DNA from: Pyrinomonadaceae bacterium
GTDB lineage: Bacteria; Acidobacteriota; Blastocatellia; Pyrinomonadales; Pyrinomonadaceae
NCBI GenBank assembly: GCA_041751855.1
Contig: JBGSWR010000035.1
Location: 42,187 to 106,186 of the forward strand
DNA length: 64,000 nt
Direction: 5' to 3'
Both the position numbers and the translations under genes were made by a program. The notes under the pieces were generated by a model. That model was not told where the DNA came from, ran no database searches, and saw only the letters and a list, made by a program, of their open reading frames with translations. How positions within the stretch are numbered: the first letter of the stretch is position 1; each line of letters begins with the position of its first letter. Shown in pieces: positions 57,516 through 64,000 of this stretch.

Positions 57516-58589
57516 CTACCAGCTTGCAACCAACTCTTCTGAGGCCTGCCAGGCAGGCAGGTTCTCCGGAATCGAGGCACGGTGGAGTCTATTGGGCTCG
57601 CCCAATAAACTGCCGGCCCCCAGCACCACTGTCGTTACAGGATCTTCCGGTACCTTCACGGCCAACTGAAGCTCCATTTGAAGACGCTTCTGCATTCCTT
57701 TTAGCAGTGCGCCTCCACCGGTAAGAATTATCCCGGAGTAGTAAATATCGGCGACTGCCTCAGGCTGAGAGTCCTCGATGACACGATTGACGGCAGCGAT
57801 GATCTCTGCCACCACCGGGTCCAATGCTTCTTTTATCTCTTCAGCGTCAATCTCAACGGCGGTTGCGCCACCCCCGAGAACGTGCTTGCCCACAATCTCC
57901 CACTTTCGTGGCCCTCCGGATTCATTGTCATTCAGAGAGGCCCCGATCTCCTTCTTGACACGCTCGGCAGTGTATTCGCCAATCTGAATGCTGTGAGTAC
58001 TTCTAACGTAATCACGGATGGCTTCGTCCATCGCGTCTCCAGCAGCCGGCAGACTGACTGATGAAACGACCCCACCGGAGGCGATCACCGCGACTGTAGT
58101 TGTGCCGCCGCCAATATCGACCACCATGCAGGCCCGCTCATCCTCAAAGCGCAAACCTGCTCCAAGGCCCGCTGCGAGACCCTCATCAATAAGATCAACT
58201 CGACCTCCAGCAGAATCCTTGACCGCGTCCCTCACCGAGCGTTGCTCGACTATTGTTGCCGAACCTGGAACGCCAACTACCGTGTGACCCCACCGGTAGC
58301 GAGCATCTGTAACGCGACTAAGAAATGCCCGGAGCATTTTCTGCGTTATTTCAAAGTTAAAGATTGTTCCGCAACGAATTGGCCGGTGCACTTGAATGTC
58401 GCGTGGGGCTCGACCCAGGAGTTTTGCAGCTTCCTGCCCTACCGCGAGAACATCTCCCGTATATTTCTCAATTGCGACCGCCGAGGGTTCATTCAGTAGA
58501 ATTCCCCTGCTCGGCTCATATAGAAGCGTGTTTACTGAACCAAGATCAATCGCCAGTTCACTCTTGAACAGACTCCTTAAAATATTCAT
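57516..58589 (-). CDS. mreB: MreB-like actin homolog (divergent; no mreC or mreD adjacent)
   Basis: ATG at 58589. Contains AIDLGSVNTLLY, VVGVPGSATIVEQRSV, MVVDIGGGTTTVAVI and GIILTGGGALLKG. Confidence 0.8.
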   Translation of the reverse strand: MNILRSLFKSELAIDLGSVNTLLYEPSRGILLNEPSAVAIEKYTGDVLAVGQEAAKLLGRAPRDIQVHRPIRCGTIFNFEITQKMLRAFLSRVTDARYRWGHTVVGVPGSATIVEQRSVRDAVKDSAGGRVDLIDEGLAAGLGAGLRFEDERACMVVDIGGGTTTVAVIASGGVVSSVSLPAAGDAMDEAIRDYVRSTHSIQIGEYTAERVKKEIGASLNDNESGGPRKWEIVGKHVLGGGATAVEIDAEEIKEALDPVVAEIIAAVNRVIEDSQPEAVADIYYSGIILTGGGALLKGMQKRLQMELQLAVKVPEDPVTTVVLGAGSLLGEPNRLHRASIPENLPAWQASEELVASW

Positions 58590-58899
58590 GGCCGTTCTCC
58601 TTAGCTTGAAAGTGGCCTTGTAACAAAGTTCGCAATTTGAAAAGCGCAACTGTCATGCCATGTTGAGTGACCTATTTGGCAACACTTGCCCCAGTACTGT
58701 CAGAGGGTGCCAAATTGACTTGCTGATCAATTGTCAGGGGGCTTGCCGCTACACTTTAGTCACAACTACGGCAAAATATTGGGATTTCTCGCCTGTATAA
58801 AAGTGTTGAAAGAACAAGGGGGAAAGCAAGGGGTTAACTGGAAGGGCGAGTTGTTTACTCGAGAGAGGAGAACGGCTTGCCTTTCTTGTTATGGCCTTC

Positions 58900-59415
58900 T
58901 CAGTAAGTATCTTGTTCGTGGGGTCGCAGGTCGGTCCTCAATTCAGATTGAGATAGTGAACTCGGGGCATTCAGATTTGCGCCGGGATCCACTCCAACCC
59001 CTAGTCGCTCGACCAACTCTCCGCCAAGCCAGCCCGCTACGGCGGCAACGATCACGGCTATTACCGATATCGCGAGCGCGCTCACACGTGGGGCTTCGGG
59101 AGTTCCCGAGCGCAGTAGCCAACTTATCCCGAAGAGAATTAGTACGACCACATTCAGTAGGCCGTGCCATAGTCCGACCCGCTTAGCCCGAGTTCCGTCT
59201 GGGATAGCCAGATAGTCAATCAGACCGAATAGACCGGCTGCAAGACCACCGATGACACCTGCGACGATCATCCAAAAGGAAACGAGCGCCCACATTGAAT
59301 TGCCGCTTAGCAGGTAGACTATGTCGAAAATTACGGACGTAGTCAGGAGTCCCAAAGGAAATACAATAAGAATAGGATGTATGGCGTGCCCGAACAGTTT
59401 AGCCTTACTTTCCAT
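58900..59415 (-). CDS. DUF2231-like membrane protein
   Basis: Begins LFGHAIHPILIVFPLGLLTTSVIFDIVYL. It has four TM segments and is 171 aa. Confidence 0.6.
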   Translation of the reverse strand: MESKAKLFGHAIHPILIVFPLGLLTTSVIFDIVYLLSGNSMWALVSFWMIVAGVIGGLAAGLFGLIDYLAIPDGTRAKRVGLWHGLLNVVVLILFGISWLLRSGTPEAPRVSALAISVIAVIVAAVAGWLGGELVERLGVGVDPGANLNAPSSLSQSELRTDLRPHEQDTY

Positions 59416-59559
59416 CTCGTCCTCCTATTTCATGACATTCGGTGTAAGCATCCCGTACAAAGCAACAAGCTCTCGTGTCTCTTTACTACTCACTGGAAGA
59501 CATTCGCAGCGTGAGTTACCTTGTTCAGGCACATAGGTCAGCAAAGAAGGTGCCGGGTC

Positions 59560-60582
59560 ATGAAGAAGGTTCCGAAAAAAGTTCCAGGCGCTCAGCCAAG
59601 GGCCGAAATTGAGCCGATGGAGGCACTCCTCGTTTCCCAGATACCGCAAGGCGAGCAATGGGTCTATGAGCCTAAGTGGGATGGATTCCGCTGCATTACT
59701 TTCCGAGACGGCGATAGGGTCGAGCTTCAGTCTAAATCGGGGCAATCGCTGACAAGATATTTCCCCGAAATTGTCGATGCTGTTGGGAAACTGAAAGCCA
59801 CCCGCTTCGTTACGGACGGGGAACTGGTAATCCCTGTAGGCAAGGCATTCTCTTTTGACGATCTTTTGCAGCGAATTCACCCGGCCGACAGCCGCGTTCA
59901 GAAGCTCGCTCGCGAGTTTCCCGCCATGCTGATTCTTTTTGATCTGCTGATTGATGAAAAGGGGACTTCACTGCTTGATGAGACCCTCGATCTGCGCCGC
60001 ACCAAGCTGGAGCGGTTCGCGACAAAGTATCTGAAAGGCAGATCCAGGTTTGACCTTTCACCGCAGACAGGGGACGTCGCGGTGGCGCGCCAGTGGCTTG
60101 CGAGTTCAGGGCTACAACTTGATGGAATCGTTGCGAAGCGTTTGGATCTACCCTACAAATCCGGTGAACCCACTGGCATGCAGAAGATCAAGAAACTGCG
60201 CACGGCCGACTGCGTGGTGGGTGGATTTCGGTATGCTTCAAACAAGAAGGTCGTGGGTTCGTTGCTACTCGGACTCTACGACGACCAGGGCCTGCTGCAT
60301 CATGTGGGCTTCACCGCCGCGTTTAAGGAGGCCGCAAAGCAGGGGCTTACGAAGAAGCTAGAGCCGTTAATTCAACCGCCTGGATTCACTGGTAACAAAC
60401 CAGGAGGGCCGAGTCGTTGGAGTACGCAGAGATCGGGTGAATGGGAACCCCTCGCTCCGAAACTGGTGGTGGAGATTCAGTACGACCACTTCACCGGCGG
60501 GAGGTTCCGTCACGGAACAAAGCTCTTGCGTTGGCGCCCGGACAAGAAACCTCGTGCCTGTAAATTCGACCAGATTAAGTAA
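59560..60582 (+). CDS. ATP-dependent DNA ligase (ligase-domain only, LigC/LigD-lig type)
   Basis: Motif I is YEPKWDGFRC. Other blocks are DGELVI, LILFDLL, LDGIVAKR and KIKKLRTADCVVGG. I chose ATG at 59560; the ORF opens at 59521. Confidence 0.85.
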   Translation: MKKVPKKVPGAQPRAEIEPMEALLVSQIPQGEQWVYEPKWDGFRCITFRDGDRVELQSKSGQSLTRYFPEIVDAVGKLKATRFVTDGELVIPVGKAFSFDDLLQRIHPADSRVQKLAREFPAMLILFDLLIDEKGTSLLDETLDLRRTKLERFATKYLKGRSRFDLSPQTGDVAVARQWLASSGLQLDGIVAKRLDLPYKSGEPTGMQKIKKLRTADCVVGGFRYASNKKVVGSLLLGLYDDQGLLHHVGFTAAFKEAAKQGLTKKLEPLIQPPGFTGNKPGGPSRWSTQRSGEWEPLAPKLVVEIQYDHFTGGRFRHGTKLLRWRPDKKPRACKFDQIK

Positions 60583-60767
60583 CGCTTTGGTCTTTGGCCT
60601 TGGGTCTTTGCTCCTAATTTGCCGGAACCGAAGGGGGTAGGTGGTCGGGACACAAGTGCCTGCTTCGGTGTTTATCGCTCAGCCATAGACGGTAGCTTAG
60701 ACGTTAGAACTTTAAGGCTGCGAGTTCAGTACGCATGGAAACAGAAGGACCCTTTTCAGACCCGAAG

Positions 60768-61469
60768 CTACTCATTACCCGGGTGATGGGTGGTGCTCAG
60801 TCGCTCGAGGGCGAGAGGTGCTTCCGGACTGCGCGGGTAGCGCCTAACGATTTCGCGCCAGCTTGCTCCGTCGTAGTGGAATCGCTTCGCCTGCTCATCG
60901 AACACAAAGCGAATGCCTTGTCGGTTATAGCGGTCCAGCCCAACATAGTTGAGAAAGTAACTAACTATCGGGCCTCCCGCAGCCAACTCTCGCGGGTCGA
61001 GTCGCCTCTCGGCATCCCGGGAAAGCTTTTTCGCAGCTTCCTCGGCCGCGTCTCCAAACATTAACAAAACAGCCGGACGGTATGCCGAGCGTTTGAAGGT
61101 GTCGAGAAATATTCGACCCCGGACAATGCGATCGAATTCCGTAGCCGTTTCGATCAATCTAAATAACCGTTGATCATCACCAAACCGCCAAGCGGATACG
61201 ACTGCCTCGCGCTGAATCCAACCGCCCGTTCGGCGGGTGACAGTCACGCGATAGAAAACTATGCCTGCGCTATTGCGTCGCTCGTTTCGAATGGCCACCT
61301 GACGGCCGCGACTAAGGCGTTTTAGCAGTTTTGCGGAAAGGGATGGCTCCGCCCGCAGTGCCGCGAATCGCTCGTCTACAACAACGGCTGTCCTACGGCT
61401 TTGTGCAAGAGCTGGTGGTGTGACGACAAGAATAATGATTGATACGGCGAGTGTGAGGTATGCATTCAT
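60768..61469 (-). CDS. exported hypothetical protein
   Basis: ATG at 61469 with signal peptide MNAYLTLAVSIIILVVTPPALAQ. No motif recognised. Confidence 0.5.
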   Translation of the reverse strand: MNAYLTLAVSIIILVVTPPALAQSRRTAVVVDERFAALRAEPSLSAKLLKRLSRGRQVAIRNERRNSAGIVFYRVTVTRRTGGWIQREAVVSAWRFGDDQRLFRLIETATEFDRIVRGRIFLDTFKRSAYRPAVLLMFGDAAEEAAKKLSRDAERRLDPRELAAGGPIVSYFLNYVGLDRYNRQGIRFVFDEQAKRFHYDGASWREIVRRYPRSPEAPLALERLSTTHHPGNE

Positions 61470-61518
61470 GGCCTTGCCTCCTTGCAAGATGAGGTTGACG
61501 AAAGCTGACAGGCCGAAT

Positions 61519-62064
61519 TCAGCGAGTAGCTCGCCGGCGCGTCAGTGAGGTTGCGAACTTCACGCCAGGGTCCGAGGCGAGGATGCGTTGAGTTAGCCCG
61601 GCATGGTGGAAGTGACAAATTGCTACTGCCAGAGCGTCGGCTGCATCGTGCGGGTGCGGCACAGTCTTTAACGAAAGTAGCAGTCGTACCATCTCCTGGA
61701 CCTGATGCTTCTCGGCGTTCCCATAGCCCACTACCGTTTGCTTCACGAGCCGAGGTGAGTATTCGTGAATCTCGAGGGCCGCTTTTTCGGCGGCAAGCAT
61801 TGCCACGCCACGGACCTGGCCAAGCTTTAAGGTGACTTTGACATTTGTGGCCAGAAAGCCGTCCTCGATTGCGCAAGCCTGCGGCGCGTGACAGGCAATC
61901 ACGTTTTCAATGCCGTTACTGATCTTCAGCAGACGCGCCGAGAACTTCTGGTTAGCCGAGACTCTGATGGCGCCAAACTCAACGAGACGATAACGCCGGC
62001 CATCACCTTCGATGATGCCCCAACCTGTAGTTTCGCTACCAGGATCGATACCGAGGACGCGCAT
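61519..62064 (-). CDS. ruvC: crossover junction endodeoxyribonuclease RuvC
   Basis: Contains MRVLGIDPGSETTGWGIIE, YSPRLVKQTVVGYGNAEKHQVQ and DAADALAVAICH. Confidence 0.9.
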   Translation of the reverse strand: MRVLGIDPGSETTGWGIIEGDGRRYRLVEFGAIRVSANQKFSARLLKISNGIENVIACHAPQACAIEDGFLATNVKVTLKLGQVRGVAMLAAEKAALEIHEYSPRLVKQTVVGYGNAEKHQVQEMVRLLLSLKTVPHPHDAADALAVAICHFHHAGLTQRILASDPGVKFATSLTRRRATR

Positions 62065-62084
62065 GCGCCGGGCAGTATACTACA

Positions 62085-62148
62085 GGTGGGGAACGGGACG
62101 GGGAGACTGGGAGACGGGGAGACGGGGGGGACGGGGGACAGGGGACAG
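62085..62148 (+). repeat. G-tract array (degenerate GGGGAGAC-type repeats)
   Basis: Sequence ggtggggaacgggacggggagactgggagacggggagacgggggggacgggggacaggggacag. It has eight G runs of at least 3 nt separated by 2-5 nt. Confidence 0.8.
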
Positions 62149-62158
62149 TCGGCGACGA

Positions 62159-62188
62159 AAACATCTGACATTTGAAACATCTGACATT
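62159..62188 (+). repeat. tandem direct repeat aaacatctgacatt x2 (period 16)
   Basis: Identical 14-mers at 62159-62172 and 62175-62188, about 110-140 nt upstream of the DUF885 gene. Confidence 0.7.
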
Positions 62189-62299
62189 CATCATTTTTCA
62201 TCTGTCTCTCTCAAGTGAGTCTCGTCCCCCCGTGCTCGCGTTCCACCGTGCTAAACTGTCGAGCTCTAATTCAAGAACGCCTGAAGGGAAGATTCGCGC

Positions 62300-64000
62300 A
62301 TGGCTCGCAAGCTTTCGTTAATCTTTTGTCTCACTCTCTCTTCATCTCTTCTTCTCATTATCGGCTGTGAGAAGGGCGGGCAACAATCAACTCCTTCTCA
62401 GACAAATGAAGCTCAGCAGTCATGGGATTCTTATGTCAACGACTTCCTTGAAGCCTATTTCGTGGCCCGCCCTGACTTTGCAGTACGGGCCGGCCGTCAC
62501 GAATTTGATGGTAGACTCCCTGACTACACTCCTGAAGGCATTGCAAATGAGATAAGGCGATTGCGAGCAGAGAAAGAACGAGTCGCGAAGTTTGAAAAAT
62601 CTAACCTCGAAGAACGCCAGCGGTTCGAACGTGATTATCTCCTCGCGGTTATCGATAACGATCTCTTCTGGCTCGAATCGGCCGAATGGCCCTATCGCAA
62701 TCCCTACTTCTATGCCGAGGCAATTGATCCAGACGTCTACGTCTCGCGCGCCTACGCGCCGCTCGACCAACGGTTGCGTGCTTACACCACTTACGCGAAA
62801 GCTCTCCCGGCCGTTCTCGATCAGATTCGCAAGAACTTGCGAACACCATTGCCACGAACCTACGTAGATATCGGTCGCATCTCGTTTGGTGGTCTTGTTT
62901 CGTTTTATGAAAAGGACGTGCCTGCGGTCTTTGAATCTGTAGACGACCAGACACTGCAGAAGGAGTTTCGCGAGGCCAACGCCGCTGCCGCGAAAGCAAT
63001 GAAGGAGTTGGATGCCTGGTTCCAGTCGCAAGAAGCTACGGCAACGGATAGGTTCGCGCTCGGGGCTGAAAAGTTCAGTGAAATGTTACGGGCTACTGAG
63101 CGCGTATCAGTGCGGCTTGATGAACTCGAGACCGCCGGCCGTCGCGACCTTGAACGAAATCAGCAAGCTCTCGCGGACGCCTGTACAAAGTATGCGCCGG
63201 GCCAATCGCTGCGTGCCTGCGTCGAAAAAGCCGAATCGGTTAAGCCGGCGGGTGGGTCCGTTGAAGCTGCTCGTCAACAATTAAAGGAACTAAAACAGTT
63301 TCTGATAGATAAGAAGATCGTCAGTATTCCCGGAACCGAAAAGGCACTGGTTGCCGAAGCGCCAGCATATCGTCGCTGGAACTTTGCCTACATAAACATT
63401 CCTGGTCCATACGAGAAAGGGCTGCCGTCAACATACTACATTGCCCCGCCCGATCCCTCATGGTCTCCCCAGGAGCGGGCAGCGTACCTGCCGGGCCGAG
63501 CAAACCTGTTATTCACCTCGGTTCACGAGGTTTGGCCCGGCCATTTTCTTCATATCCTGCACGCTAAGCGGTCTCCATCAAAATTCGGCCAGGTCTTTGT
63601 GGGTTATGCTTTTGCTGAAGGCTTTGCTCATTACACTGAAGAGATGATGTGGGAGGCGGGACTTGGCGATGGTGATCCGGAAACGCACATCGGACAACTG
63701 CTCGCCGCGTTGCTGCGGAACGTTCGTTATCTGGCTGCGATTGGCATGCACACGGGCCGAATGACCGTGGCGGAAGCCGAACAAATGTTTCGTGATGAGG
63801 GTTATCAGGACGCAGGAACAGCGCGCCAGCAAGCCTCCCGGGGCACTTTTGACCCGGCTTATCTGAACTACACAATGGGCAAGTTGATGATCAGGAAGTT
63901 GCGTGAGGACTGGACAGCAACGCGGGGTGGGCGAGAGGCCTGGCAGAAATTCCACGATGAGTTTCTTACATTTGGAGGACCGCCCATCCCCCTTGTCAGG
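62300..64000 (+). CDS. DUF885-family lipoprotein (3' end runs off the window)
   Basis: Not in the ORF track because there is no stop in the window. ATG at 62300 follows GAAGGGAAG. The lipobox is LLLIIGC and a HEVWPGHFLH block is present. The frame stays open for 567 codons to the window end. Confidence 0.75.
   Translation, partial: MARKLSLIFCLTLSSSLLLIIGCEKGGQQSTPSQTNEAQQSWDSYVNDFLEAYFVARPDFAVRAGRHEFDGRLPDYTPEGIANEIRRLRAEKERVAKFEKSNLEERQRFERDYLLAVIDNDLFWLESAEWPYRNPYFYAEAIDPDVYVSRAYAPLDQRLRAYTTYAKALPAVLDQIRKNLRTPLPRTYVDIGRISFGGLVSFYEKDVPAVFESVDDQTLQKEFREANAAAAKAMKELDAWFQSQEATATDRFALGAEKFSEMLRATERVSVRLDELETAGRRDLERNQQALADACTKYAPGQSLRACVEKAESVKPAGGSVEAARQQLKELKQFLIDKKIVSIPGTEKALVAEAPAYRRWNFAYINIPGPYEKGLPSTYYIAPPDPSWSPQERAAYLPGRANLLFTSVHEVWPGHFLHILHAKRSPSKFGQVFVGYAFAEGFAHYTEEMMWEAGLGDGDPETHIGQLLAALLRNVRYLAAIGMHTGRMTVAEAEQMFRDEGYQDAGTARQQASRGTFDPAYLNYTMGKLMIRKLREDWTATRGGREAWQKFHDEFLTFGGPPIPLVR

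Noticed and set aside
59425-59880. A 151-aa minus-strand ORF, together with ORF 58731..59186 (+).
   Set aside because: They overlap the ATP-dependent ligase and the DUF2231 gene respectively on the opposite strand and have no motifs.
62420-63031. A 203-aa minus-strand ORF.
   Set aside because: It is antisense to the DUF885 gene, whose frame stays open for 567 codons with a lipobox and an HExxPGH-like block.

Overview
This 64-kb chromosomal segment is densely coding, with about 65 supported CDS and one tRNA-Leu(CAG). I found no rRNA genes, CRISPR array, transposase or integrase. All domain calls come from reading motifs in the supplied translations; no database search was run. The gene content suggests an Acidobacteriota-like organism, but that is a low-confidence inference. 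It rests on an ECF sigma/anti-sigma pair, a Ser/Thr kinase, a PEP-CTERM protein, an exported VWA protein, several BON-domain proteins and a YtxJ protein with the TCPIS motif. Clear housekeeping genes are glgP, purD, nrdJ (class II RNR), ligA, ruvC, yggS-yggT-DUF167, yebC, fdxA, an EF-G paralog, a PspA/IM30 protein and a delta-9-type desaturase. Candidates for undescribed biology, in order of interest: (1) At 10.1-16.0 kb, a co-directional module encodes a membrane Ser/Thr kinase with an extracytoplasmic DUF4384-like domain, an exported stand-alone DUF4384-like protein, and an exported TPR-CHAT caspase-like protease with an intact His/Cys dyad. (2) At 42.1-45.3 kb, a minus-strand operon encodes a DUF4388/J-domain/TPR protein, a stand-alone HD-GYP protein, and a translationally coupled protein that looks like a Dam-type methyltransferase fold without the (D/N)PPY motif. 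(3) At 54.7-59.4 kb, a stress-type island holds BON, SRPBCC, lmo0937-like and DUF2231 genes plus an orphan divergent MreB, and one gene has a near-consensus sigma-54 promoter. Smaller observations include a candidate sRNA unit, a shared palindromic terminator element at two loci, a G-tract (G4-prone) array next to ruvC, a macro-domain gene remnant, and a Cys-less TSCPD region in NrdJ.
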